64,000 bases of DNA from assembly GCA_003971905.1 (NCBI GenBank), contig RSEE01000066.1:1-64000 (forward strand), in the 5' to 3' direction. Below are positions 1 through 12,543 of the stretch, piece after piece. The stretch is from Moniliella sp. 'wahieum' (lineage: Eukaryota). A model generated the notes under the pieces. It was not told the origin of the DNA. It worked only from the letters and a program-made list of their open reading frames with translations, and searched no databases. The translations under genes and the position numbers were made by a program. Position 1 is the stretch's first letter, and the number at the start of each line of letters is the position of its first letter.

Positions 1-222
1 TTACCGCATTCGTTGCAGATGTCTTTGTGCGTGTATGGGTATTACGCATGAGGCTCATTGACTCATCAACGCCCGCCTTGGCCAAGCTGCACCTGCCCCC
101 TGGTCGTGGGCGTGTAGTTTTGCCGGCCAGCGTAGGACGCCTTTTTGTGCTGTGCACAACTGCCACCCCACGTCCCAAAACCTCCCCGATGTACTTTGGT
201 TGGCTCTGATAAGGTTCCACCA

Positions 223-3200
223 CTAATCGTACCTCGTTATGACTAGTCTGGAGGTCATCGTAGTTCGCTTTTGTTCCCCATATTTCCCAACAGGTGGCAG
301 AGGCAAACGGTCGGTAGCCTCAGATCCTTGACAGGATACGGTCCATGGGAGTATGCAGAGATGAATTGCATGGGTCGAGCCCCTGCCTCGCCCATACAGA
401 GCGGGCAGGGACGGTATCAGACAAAATGGAGCAGACAAAAGGGAGCTTGTACGAAGAGCAATGGTGACGGCCGCCCAGGAGGCGAGGCGCAACAGAACAG
501 AATGTTGCGCACCTAGATTACCGGCCCGATCCTTCGCCTTGGTCATACGAATACTGGGCGCGACCAAGGGTGTCATCGTCGCCGCAATTCGACCTGGGTT
601 GGGACTTACATGGCCCGGCGTGGGCGCAGCGGAAGCAGGGGTGGAGCGATTGTGAGCCATGTGGGCCTTGATCAGATGTCCGCCGCGAGGGCTGACATGA
701 GCGATAGTTCCCCTGCCATCACCGCGGAGGCAATGATGGCGGCGAGCCGTTGAGCGTTGGCGCCTGGCGTGGAAGGGTGCGGCCCAGCAATGCCCAGCAG
801 CTCGAGCATCGACCTCTGTGGGTCCAGCACCGTCCCCCCGCCCACCGTTCCCACTTCGATGGAGGGCATGGAAACCGAGATGCGCAAGTCCCCCTCGGGC
901 GTGGCCTCCATCAAGGTCATGCAGTTGCTCGACTCGACGTTCTGCGCAGGATCTTGCCCCGTGGCAAGGTAGATGGCAGTAAGAATGTTGGCGGCATGGG
1001 CATTGAAGCCGCCAATGGAGCCGGCCATGGCCGAGCCAATCAAGTTCTTCTTCAGGTTCAAATCCACCAAAGCGGCAACCGAGGTCTTGAGCACCGAGCT
1101 CACCACTTTGTTGGGTACCACCGCTTCGGCCACCACCGATTTGCCCCGACCTTCAATCCAATTGATCGCAGCGGGCTTCTTGTCCGTACAGTAGTTACCC
1201 GATAGGCCAGAACCTTCATGGAGGGGAAGTGCTCGGTGGCCATCAATGTCAGCGCACGCTCAACCCCTTGGAAATCATGTTCATGCCCATCGCATCCCCG
1301 TCGAGGTGGCAAAGCGAATAAACAGGGTTCGACCCGCTAGCGCGGTGCGCAAACTGGCCAGTCGGGCAAAGCGGGAAGTCGAGTCAAAGGCAGCCTTGAT
1401 CGTCGCCGCACCAGTGGTGGAATCGATCCATCTCTTAGCCTGCGCCGCTTCGGCCGCAGTGGGGAAATCGACGCGGGGCCGCGCGTCATGGCGTCTTGCG
1501 TCAACACGGTTGTCACGCCCCTCCCGCATTCAGCGCCTTGCACCCACGCGAAGTGGATGCAACCAGAGTACCTTCCGTCGTGGCCATCGGGATTGGCGTA
1601 AGTTGGCCGTCAATGGTAAGAGGACCCGCAATGCCGAGCGGCAAAGGAAGGTAGCCCACAACATTTTCACAGCATGCGCCCATCACTTGCGCATAGTTAT
1701 AGTTCTTAAATGGCAACTTGCCCGTCTCCAGCGTTTTGGTCAAGCTGGCACGCGAAACAAGCGCACGGCGGACACGAACAGCACGCTCGGGGTCTTGAAG
1801 TACCTTCTCCAACGCGTAAGCAGGAATCTTTCCCCGCTGGGCAAGTAACACTACTTCCTCGTCCGCAAGGTAGAGCACACCGGCGCCATTGTCGTACACC
1901 TCCAATACTTCCTCGAACGAACGGATCTGCGAAGCGTCCACGCCCGCCGTGGGAGGTGTAGGATCTTCTCCCTCCGGCACAATCAGCGCAGGGGGAGGCG
2001 GCATAAATGTCACCGTGGGAGCGGAGGGCGGGGAAGGTTGGCATTGGATGAGTTGGAACGGGACGATTTGGCGATGCGGGACTCGGCTTCATCCAAATGA
2101 GCGCCCAGCATACGAGCAGCGGCAAAAGCAGCGGCACCCATAGCGTTACCTCGGGCAATAGCTGCGTTGCCTTGAGCAATGCCTCGGAGCAGGTACGCGT
2201 TGAGAAAGATGCTCACTGCCATCGCGATCGAAAGCCACTTGGAAATAAGAGGGTCACCAACAATTGAGGTCCATTCAGTCATCAGGCTACCCAAGACCTC
2301 TAGCGACTGGTGGCGCGAAAGCAAGCCTGTCGATCCGCGCGAGCTGTTAGTCGAGAAGGAAGGATGAACTGAATGAGTTGCCGAGGACGATGAGGCGATC
2401 GACACTGACGTCAGGGAGGGGAATTGCTGCTCATATGCCTCGGCCAATGTCTTGGCAAGTTCAGCTTTCTCGTCCGACACCTGGTTGGTCAGGGAGTAAT
2501 CGATCACCGAAAGGAAAACCGGGTCATGGATCTGCAAGCGGGCGCCAGTGGGATGGGAACGAGCAAACCGCTCGAGCGCTGGCGCAAGTGCCGGCGAGGA
2601 AGGGGTTAAGGACAAGTTGAACTGTGTCGCTGACGAAGTAGCTGGTACGGATCGTTCACGGTAGCGCTCGGGGACGCGAAGGTAGAGGCAACTTCGGACG
2701 TGGCAGCACGCAAGTAGCGAGTGCGAGAAGCCTGCGTTGTCATGGTACCAAGTAGGTTGAGGCTGTGTAGCGTGATGAAGGAAGCAATCAACAAGATTTT
2801 GAGCCGGCCCACTGGGTTATTTTTAGAGTTGGAGCCAACCAGGCGGTGCCAGAGCCCACGGACCCGACGGGACCGAGAATGCTGCCGGTGACGCAGCTGG
2901 GCTGACAGCCCAGCCAAAGGAGGGGCAGGCATAGTTGAAGGAGTGATCGAGATGGAAGATACACGACTGCTTACTGCGCTATCGGCACCCTTGATTGTAG
3001 GGGTAACCGAGCCGGACGTCGTAGCGCTTGCTACGCCGCCGCTGGGGCGCGGCTTCCTTGTTAACGGCCGATGCGGCTGGGAGGGAAGCGTGGCGGCGCT
3101 TACGCAAGATCCGGATCCGCAGTACCTCAACAATAACGGTCAGGATGCCAGTGTAAAACGTGTGGAGAAGAATGGCATCGAAGAACAGGATCAGTGCCGC

Positions 3201-4568
3201 GAGCTGGCAAAATTCATGCAGGCCACTAGGAGCAATGCACGAGCCCGCAAGCAGCAAGGCCAACTCGATCGCATAGTCACGAACGATTTCTTGGCCAACA
3301 CTGTCATATGCACCCACCAACACGTCACGGGCAGCCAGCGGACGGGGAAGCTCCCACTCGAGATCGGGATTTTCGCGCAAGCGGGCAGTGAGGGCCCGAA
3401 CAAAGGCATCCTCATTCGACTTGGGTGTATCGGCGGAGTTCCCATTGAGGGCCGGCTTTCCCTCGCTAGCTCCTACCGAACGCGAAGGTGGCTTCAACAT
3501 CTAGAAGAACGTTGGGACCCTCGTGCAGGTGGGACGATGGAGCAAAAGCGGGGTGAGTGAAGACAGCCTTGGTCAATTTATAGTGTTTGTCAAACCCGAC
3601 AGTCACGACCAAAAATGGGAGAGCTTCGCTCAGTGGGACTGGGTCGATGTGCACACCAAGGTAGTGGGCCGAGACGAGAGCAAAAATAAATGCACAAGTG
3701 CACGAAATCAAAACCGATGCACCTGAACAATACCGAACGTTAGTCAGCTCGCCGACGAGGCGGAGACAGAGAAGAGGGCAACGTACCAAGCCAGAAGTGG
3801 AAGCCAAAGCGGCGCATCGATAAGAAAAGATTGACAAAGGTGGCATGCATAAAGATGTAGACACAAAGCATGAGAAAGATATCGGCAGAATCGGCGGCTC
3901 GGATCAGGTGGCCAAAGCGAGCGAAGAGAGCGCGAGAGGCGTAAGCGACCAAGCGAATCGAGTCAGCCTGGACTGTTACGGCCGATGAGCGAAGCTGCTG
4001 CAGGGTGCGCCCTGCGCGTGTCCATGTAGTAGGGGACATTGCAGGGACAATGCGCCAGGTGTCGAAGGGAGTGATACGTTGGACGGGGTAGCGAGCTGCT
4101 GCAGAAGCTCCGTTTCTTGAGCAGAGTCGGCCGAGGCAAACGAGGGGTCCAAGCCACCACAGGGGGCTACCCGGCAGGACATAGGGCGTAGACAGGGAAG
4201 GCGGAAGGATGTTGGGCAGCGAACGACTGGGCGAGTTGAAGAAGGCTGGGTGCTGGAGCCTGCTGGGGCAGGGTGCCGATCGTGTCGACCCAGAAGACAG
4301 GACGCACCGCAGCGTCCGCAGAGGCGCTGGCGCCAGCACGTGACCAGCCAGAGGCCGAGTGTGTCCACACAGTGGGTGGCGCGAAGGAGGGGGCGGGCAG
4401 GCCGGCGGAGGCAGCCACGGCGTCGATCCAATGGGAGCGCGACAAGGCGAAGAGGAGGGAGAAGTAGGCGAGTGTTGCGACGATGGCAACGACGACGATG
4501 CTCTCGATGGGCGTGCGGGTGGCCTGCCGGAGCAGGGCACGCGTCACACGCACCACGGGCGACAGCAT
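223..4568 (-). CDS. HMG1: 3-hydroxy-3-methylglutaryl-CoA reductase (class I, sterol-sensing membrane domain plus catalytic domain); frameshifted in this assembly
   Basis: N-terminus has [18 protein letters not shown]. Sterol-sensing segments include [25 protein letters not shown] and [13 protein letters not shown]. Catalytic motifs are [60 protein letters not shown] and [11 protein letters not shown](G)[12 protein letters not shown]. Intron 3723-3786 (GTACGT...CTAAC...CAG). Several small indels split the ORF. The true stop is uncertain: 223 if the last frame is right, otherwise nearer 500. Confidence 0.96.
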
Positions 4569-5068
4569 GAGAGACGAAGCGCTCGAGGGCGACGGTGGAT
4601 GCGGAGGCGAAGACCGCGACGAAAACGACGATGAAGACGCAAACGAAGACGAAGGAGATGGGCGATGGAGGGACTGTGGGCTGCGTTGGATGCAGATGGG
4701 CAGCGGTAGCTAGCTAGTGCACCCTGCCTGCCGATCACCAGGCCGCTCGGGGGCAGTGTAAGGGCGGAGCGGCTGCAGTGCTGCGTCACGCGTCACATGT
4801 CACATGTCACAGCAGACTGCAGCCGGCGCTTCCGCTCCGGGTGGCGCCGTGGCCGGTGGCAACCGGGCGCAGCCAGGGCCGCCAGCCCATGCCACGTCTG
4901 CGCTCCCGCCGCAGCAGAGCGGCGCCACGCAGCGTGTCTGCGCGGCTCCCCCACACTCGCCTCATGCTACCCCGCCCGGTGCCTGCCGGACGCTCCACAT
5001 GCTGCACCAGAGCAGCGCCACCCTTCAGCTAAACCACGCTATATATGCCTGCCATCCATGTCCAGGCC

Positions 5069-5560
5069 ATGCCCTCCTACACCGGCGACAATCCACCCGC
5101 ACACCGTCTCTTTCTCGCAGGTGCGTCCACGCAGTGCTGCCGACGGCGAAATGATGCATCACGGGCTTTGAACCAACATCGCCTTTGCTAGCCACAGCTC
5201 CTCTGCGTCCGGTCCACAGATCCGTCGTTGACGCAGCAGTGCTCACCAAAAAGATAAGAATGAGGTCCTGACAGGCGAAATAGATGAGTCAGTGCATGCG
5301 ACGCTTGTTGGGTAGTTGAGCTTTTCGGAACCTCCAGGCTACATCAGGCACAACACTCTGCCCGATCCGTCCGTTACAGCCACGGTAAAAGAGCCAGAAG
5401 GAGACGTTGGGAGCTGGGACGGCTGGCTGCATCATCCAACTGGAGGATTCACCGGGAATGGGAGCAGCGAGCTGGTTTCCCTCCACCTCGTCCACAGGTG
5501 CCAGGCTACAAATCATACGCCACATATGGAACGAAAGTTGAGCGAAGCAGGCTGAGGTGC
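5069..5560 (+). other. possible small unannotated gene (frameshifted protein or intron-hosted RNA)
   Basis: TATA-like TATATA at about 5040 and ATG at 5069 (MPSYTGDNPPAHRLFL). Downstream frame pieces (LRPVHRSVVDAAVLTKK, NEVLTGEIDES) read like protein. An alternative GTGCGT donor at 5121 and GCTCAC..AAG acceptor near 5253 are also present. Confidence 0.25.
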
Positions 5561-5861
5561 CCATGCGGGGAAGCCAGCCATGTGGAGGTTGTGATTGATA
5601 TTGAGCGCCAATGGCAAATCACCGTGTGCGTAATCATTAATCACCGAGCCAGCATGGGAGGGCATCAATATTCACTAGGGTTGTTCCCTGGGCGCAATGC
5701 GATTTCCGCAGCGCCAGCACTGCCGCAGTTACTTTCGCAGTGTAGGCACGGCGCCGGTGTCCGACGCGGCTGCCCCGCCGAACGGCCGCTGGTGGCCGGG
5801 GGGGTGGCAGCTGGCAGCGTCGGTGACGGCCTCGCCACCAAGCAGCACCTTCTCCAACATC

Positions 5862-6985
5862 ATGGCCTCGCGTGCGACTGTCAGTGTCCGCGCTGCTGAC
5901 GGCAGTGCCAGCGGCGCAAGCCTGCCGCTGCCCGCCGTTCTCACCGCTCCGATCCGCTCCGACGTGGTGCAGATTACTTACACCCAGGTGGCCAAGAACA
6001 AGCGCCAACCCTACGCCGTTTCCACCAAGGCTGGCCACCAGACCTCGGCCGAGTCGTGGGGCACCGGCCGTGCTCTGGCCCGTATCCCTCGTGTGGGCGG
6101 CTCGGGCACCCACCGTGCTGGCCAGGCTGCGTTCGGTAACATGGCCCGTGGCGGTCACATGTTCGCTCCCACCAAGGTGTGGCGCCGCTGGTGGGTGAAG
6201 ACGAACCAGAACCAGAAGCGTGTTGCGACTGCTTCGGCTCTGGCTGCGACCGCCGTGCCGTCCCTCGTTCTCGCCCGCGGCCACCGCGTTGAGCAGGTTG
6301 CCGAGGTCCCCTCGTTGTCCCCACCGAGGTCGAGTCCTACTCGAAGACCAAGGAGGCGGTTGCCCTCCTCAAGGCGCTCAACGCCTACGACGATGTGCTC
6401 AAGGTGTCCAACTCGCGCAAGATCCGCGCTGGCCAGGGCAAGCTGCGCAACCGTCGTCACGTGCAGCGCCGCGGCCCCCTCGTTGTGTACAACGAGGACA
6501 AGGGCATCTACCGCGCTTTCCGCAACCTGCCCGGTGTGGAGCTCGTGTCGGTTCACCGCCTTAACCTCCTCCAGCTCGCGCCCGGTGGTCACCTTGGCCG
6601 CTTTGTGATCTGGACCGAGGCCGCCTTCAAGCAGCTCGACTCGATCTTTGGCACCTACGATGCTGCCTCGGCGCAGAAGAAGGGCTTCGTCCTTCCCCGC
6701 GCCAAGATTACCAACACGGACGTGTCGCGTCTGCTAGCTTCGGAGGAGATCCAGGCTGTGCTTCGTCCGGCTGGCCCCAAGGCGACCAAGCGCCCCTTCA
6801 CCCAGAAGAAGAACCCGCTACGCAACAAGTTCGTCATGGACCGTCTTAACCCGTACGCCAAGGTGCAGCGCAAGATCGAGGCTGACGTCCGCGCCGCCAA
6901 GGCTGCTGGCACCTACAAGCCCGCTGCCAAGCCGGCCAAGCTGGCGCTCAACCCCAAGTTCCTTGAGTTCCTCCACGCTCCTTAA
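5862..6985 (+). CDS. RPL4: 60S ribosomal protein L4 (uL4), intronless, one apparent 1-nt deletion at about 6310
   Basis: MASRATVSV start; [84 protein letters not shown]. The frame break falls in a C-run (GTCCC/CTC). Strong C/G-ending codon bias. Confidence 0.98.
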
Positions 6986-7397
6986 ATAGTCCCTGTGGTC
7001 TATTGATGCTCGTGGTGGGGTGTCTCATGGAATGATGGGACAACCTGTGCCTCCCTTGTCTGTTGGATGATCGGCTGGCGCACATGCCCATGGCCCTGGT
7101 GAGGCGATAATCAAGGCCTGAGCACATGCACATGCATATGTTGCACTCCCCCCAAAATTGTCCCGACTTGGCTGTTCAGGGGCGTTGGCCACCCTTCTCT
7201 CGTGCCCATCCATAGACCCATACGTAACTTGCTGAGTGCGAGTGTTAGTGCAGCTTGAAGGAAGCTCGTAGTGGCACACAGCCCTGGCCCATCCGGCACC
7301 ATTACATAATAGCCCGTACTGTCTTACCGGTTACCGATGGATATTGGATTGTCTTGTTCTTCTGACCGGCAGCCCCACCTTCACTTCCATCACGGTC

Positions 7398-8354
7398 ATG
7401 GCTTCGGCGTCCAACTTTGACACGTGGCGGGACGCCTGTATCGGTATATTACAGCGCCCATGCCGCTCCAAGCCCATCTCAGTACCCATCACCTCCCTCC
7501 CCACCATCCTCTCCCGCACCGATGTGGTCGAAACCAACACCAGTGATGCGCCGCCATGGCCACCCCGGAAGAGGTCGAGGACTGGAGCAAGCATGTCGAA
7601 ACCGAAGAGGAGTTTCAGCGAAGAATCCAGGTAGAGAAGTGGGGCGCGTCCCTTTTGGCCAATAGTTCGTTTGTATCCGATTGTGTTTGTGTTTTTCGTC
7701 TCATCCGTTCTGACTTGACGGCATGGGTGCTCCCGACTCGTCCCGCCCCCGCACTGCGCTGAAACCAAGCCCGATGATCGTTTCATGACCAAGCATCTTG
7801 CCGTGATTGGTTGCAACCCATTGGATGAAGCCGATGTGTCCCCATCCGCCATGCCCAAGATTGCCGTCGGTCCGTGCCCACCCACAATTGCCGGTGGCTT
7901 TTCTCCCGCCCCGAGGGGCATCCCCCCAGTGAGAGCGGTATCTTGATCTGCAGCAACCGGATTCAGACGAAGAAACACCTCGAAGACACGCTGGCGCACG
8001 AAATGGTGCACTGGTGGGACAACTGTCGCTTCAAGGTGGACTGGTCCGATCTACGTCAGCATGCCTGCTCAGAAGTACGGGCGGCGTCCTTGTCGGGCGA
8101 CTGTCGTTGGGGCCGAGAAATGCGTCGGTTACACTTTGGTGTGATGAAACAGCACCAAGAATGTGCACGTCGCCGCGCTGTGCTGTCGATCATGGGAAAT
8201 CCGGCGTGCAAGGGCGAGGACCACGCCAAGGAAATTGTGAATGATGTCTTTCAAAGTTGCTTTAACGACACGCGGCCCTTTGAGGAGGTTCGTTCCACCC
8301 TGACATTGGCTCTTCCTCTCTGTACTGACCACCGCGTTTGCCTAGATCTACTGA
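7398..8354 (+). CDS. ATP23: mitochondrial inner-membrane metalloprotease ATP23 (peptidase M76)
   Basis: HLEDTLAHEMVHWWDNCRFKVDW (HExxH), HACSEVRAASLSGDC, QHQECARRRA. The C-terminus DTRPFEE|IY* is completed by intron 8288-8345 (GTTCGT...CTGAC...TAG). First intron about 7665-7769. Start 7398 is inferred across a frameshift. Confidence 0.93.
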
Positions 8355-8494
8355 ACGCGTGTCTGCTATACCATCCCATCTACACTGTTCGAGAGTCAAG
8401 ACTAATACAAAAGGTATCGACCCTACACGATACAACAACCGAAACCAACAGACCCTAGTCCAGTGATCCCCGAGTGGGTGGCAACGAAATGTGA

Positions 8495-11400
8495 TCATGC
8501 CGTAGGCTCTTCCGGCTCTGGTGGTCGGGGAGGCGGTATACCACCACCTTCGACAGCCAACAAATCGTCCAACATTTTGGAGTGCTTCTTGGTTCGCTCC
8601 ATCTCCTCGCGTGTTCGACGAATCTGGTGCTTAAGCTCCTTCTTGTAGTCAGAGGCCATTTTTCCGTCCCTTTGTGCGCTGCTCCAGAGGAAGGACGGGA
8701 AGAGCTTTGCTCAACTTGCGACTCAAGTTCCTTTACCCCTCTTTCCACTTGGCTTCTTCGTGCTCGTGACGGACCTGAGCTTCCTTCATCCGGTCTTCAG
8801 TCTCAGCCAGCTGGTGCTTTGCAACGGTCAACATGCTTTCCAAACTAGCTGGAGTGGTGGGCGATGAGTCGTATTCGGGCTTAACACTCGTCCCATCGTC
8901 GCCATTCTCTGGGCCGACTTCATTGACCCGATTTGGATCTGCAGCTCGTTGTTAGCCGAGCGGAGAGCGTCCAGCTCAGCCTGTTTGGCTGCGATACGGT
9001 TGTGCCACAGACTCGTTTGTCCTTAATCATCTCGATGGATGTCTAGCTGGTTGATCCGTGCAGTATTTGCGTCTTTTGCCGATGTACCGTACTGGAGAAC
9101 CGAAAAAGAGAAAACGAGTGAGAATCGAATGTAAGCAGGTGAGACCGAGTATATACCTTGGGGGGAGGGAGCCCTACCTAAAACGATCTGTGATATTATC
9201 CTCGATACCCTTGATGCGTTGTTCGAACTGTACACGTATCTCGCTCACACTCTTCAGAAGAGTCATGATGCGCTCATTTAAGACGGGAAGTTGGTAAATG
9301 CGTCGTCCTCGTGTGCATGCTGGCTCCATTCCGCGGGCCCCATGACACGACCCAGTTGCTGGTAGATGTGCATCAGCAACACATCGCGTTCCTTGAGCTG
9401 CTGGGCAACTTGTTCACTGATTCGGCGTTGGTTACGCGTCTCATCTGCCCGAACTGTTTCCACACTTTCCAGTTTGGCCTGAGCCCGTCCGAATTCTTCT
9501 TGTGCCTTCAACAAGGCCCGGCTTTGCACGTCGAACCGTTCCGAGAAGCCTTTGCTCACTTGCTCTTCCGCCGACAATTTACCTGCAAGTTCACAAAGCT
9601 TGGCCTTCTGCACGCACAAAGAGAGTTAAAGAGAATAGATCAGTGAGATGCCACTCCCCGATCCAGTAAAGAAAAGAGAGAGAAGAAAGAAGCGTACCGC
9701 TTGGGTCCAACCTAGGTCTTTCTCCTTCACCAAGTCAGACTTCCGTTCCACTTCCTTGGTGCATTTCTCCAGCTCGCGCTCAAGCTCTGCAATTTTACTC
9801 TGGAGGCGATCGATCTCAAGATCCAACATGTGCTTCTCGGCGGCAAACGATTCTACATTGTGTGCTTGCAGCACTGCGAGTTCGGCTTGAAGCTGGTCCT
9901 GAACCTGTTGCTGCATCCGTGACTTGAGCTCCTCTAGCGCTTTGTCCAGCAATCTGCACTCATGCTCTTTTTCGACTGCTTTGACTCGATATTCGTCCTC
10001 ACGTGCCTACGACTCGGCCTTGTATTCTTGCTTCTGGGCAGCGGCACGCTGCTCACTGCCGAGACGCTCAATCGCAGTGGCCAAATCAGCTTTGACTGTA
10101 CTCAACTCGGCACGCGTCTTCTGGCCGTTTCAGCTTGGGCTTCCTCTTCGGCTTGATGTATCTCAATCTTGTTGTTGCTCTCGACCAAGCGATTGTCGAG
10201 GGTCGCATTGTTCTCTTGGGCAGTAGCGAGTCTAGCTCGGAGCGATTCGTTGAATAGCTCCGCTGATTGAACTTGGCCTGGGCCCCCCTCAACTCATGTT
10301 GCAGTCGCTCGATCTCTTCCCCTTGAGCATGGAGGCGAGCATCACGATCTTCAATCCAGATTTCCAGTTTTTGCACTTGCCCCGACCTCTCGGCCATTTG
10401 ACGGCTCGCCGTATCAAGGTCGATATCACGGTTGACCAGCTGGTCTTGCAGATGCTTGGCTTGGTTTTCCCAGTGAGCCGCCTCTGTCTCTGATTTTCTC
10501 AACTTTGTTTCCAGCATCTTCACCTCTTCTTCTTGCGCAAGTTGAAAGGCACGCGCCAGTTCAATGTCATTGTTGGCCTTGCGTTGATTATCCTCGATAG
10601 AAAACAAAAGTTGATCCCTGTACTGGTCCTTCTGCTCGCATTGGCGACGTAACCTTATGACTTCGTCATGCTCCCACTTGACTTGTTCCTCCGCCTTGAT
10701 CCGGAGTGTGTGAGCAACGTTCAGCTCGGTTCGCAATTGATCATAGGCTTCGTCGAATTGGGAAAGACGGGCTTGAATTAACATCAGCAGATGATCGCTG
10801 TTCTGTTGCTCTGAGCTCCAAGGCAGCAAGTCGTTCCTTCAACTCTTTATTTTGTTGGTTCAACAGGTCCTCTTGTTCCTCCCACCGACTCTGCAACGCC
10901 AACGCGAGTTCACGTTCCAGTTCCCCAACTTGAGCACGGGGGGCCTCTTCAATCTCCTGGTTGTGTTGCCGTGTCAAGTCTGATGAGGATTGTCTCTTAT
11001 CCAAGCGGCAATTCGTGTCAGCCAGTTTGAGAGAGAGTTGATCCCGCTCCGCCTTGATCTGGGAAAGCTCCTTGGCATGCTCTTTCTTGAGTTGGTCCAA
11101 CAATTCCTGCGAATAAGAATCAACGAGAGAGAATTATTAAAAACGAGAACCAACAGGTTGATTAAAGAGATATAATAACTGAGAAAAGTATATGATAGTA
11201 ATCAGGGAAAGAAGTGAGAAACACGTACCTCCTGTTGTTCTGGGGACTGGTGGGCCTTCGGCTTATCGCGTTCGGTCTTAAGGCACTTGATCTGACGATC
11301 ACATAATGATATACTCTTTTCATTTTCTCGTTCTGATTGCGCAGCTTGGCAATATTGTTCTGTGCCTCAATGAGCTGGATGACCACTTTCGGCTGTTCTT

Positions 11401-12086
11401 TATTGTTGCTCAGTTGGCTGCGCAAGTGGAAAACCTCGCGCTTCAGATCACTATTTTGATTCCTCAGGGCTTCGATGTATCCCTCAGTTCTCTTGAGACT
11501 CAAACCGTTGGTTGATTTGTGAGGCCGAAGAGCGTCCAGACATTGGGACTCATCCAGCGAACTGTCATTCGGGGGATCTCGGCCGTTAGTGACGAGTAAA
11601 ACGTGTTGAGAGATGAAGAGGATTCAGAGTCTTGGGCCACAAGCTGGCGTTGGACGTTAGACAATCCCGTCTCGACCACTAATGTATGCGTGCCACTATC
11701 CCCTTCGATCACGCCTGGAAGGGTGAATGGTAACTTGGAAGCCATATTGCCTTCGTCGGTGGTGAGGCTGTGCTGATGGTGTGGATTTTCGCGTGAACCG
11801 TCCACGCTAATGGTAGGCGACAGAAGTGGTAATTGATTAGGAATTGGGGCGGGGCGTGAAGACGAGGGGTGCGTTCATTGGTCTCGACGAGGAGACAGCG
11901 AGTGGGGGTACCATCACCAATCTGGGTGTCGGTAACGTCAGAAGGAAGGGGGGATTCTGCCTCCTGGCATGGGACGGTCGTGGTGATGGCAATACGACTG
12001 CCAGGGGGGGTGCCCAAGTTGCTTGATGCACAGTGGCTGTGCTCCGCGTCGGCGTGGTCCGCCGAAACCAGGACAGGGGAGGGCAT
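8495..12086 (-). CDS. large coiled-coil MTOC protein of the centrosomin/Mto1/ApsB type; multi-exon, frameshifted
   Basis: CM1-like motif SLKRTEGYIEALRNQNSDLKREVFHLRSQL (about 11415-11500) and long E/Q/K/R heptad-rich stretches. The C-terminal KEAQVRHEHEEAKWKE-RVKELESQVE resembles the Mto1/ApsB C-terminal region. GT-AG introns at about 11107-11228, 9608-9697 and 9092-9178. Stop after PPEPEEPTA at 8495. Confidence 0.7.
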
Positions 12087-12543
12087 CGGACCTGATCCAG
12101 CACACAGGGGCTCGGAGAGTGTGGTGGTGTGGGAGGACGAAGGCAGACGCACAAGCGACCGAGGAGGAAGTGGGAACTGATGTGGCCAAGAACAGCCGAG
12201 AGCGAACGCGAGCAGCGGCTATACTAATTTAACCCAAAAACACACCCAACCCTCCCACTGCAAGACAGAGCGCTGGCGTTAATGCAGCCCCGTTGCACGT
12301 GACCACAGAGATGGGTCACATATACACCTGCTGTAACCTGCTATAAAAACAGGTATGGCTACTATAGTTGTTCACTTTGAGTTCGTTTTGTTTCGCACAC
12401 ACTGCATTAAGATCAAGTCGTGATGAACATCGCAACCAACGTAAACGCTAGAGAGAAAGGAGGGGGTAATAGCGACCGGTCCAGGTGGGTAAAAAAAGAT
12501 GGGGTTGCAGCATCTCCACACATCAGCAAAAAAGAGCCGCCTC

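Noticed and set aside
5697..5861. N-terminal ORF extensions of RPL4 (also fimbrin from 37964 and the phosphotransferase from 62030)
   Set aside because: These are open GC-rich UTR or promoter sequence upstream of ATGs that match the family N-termini.
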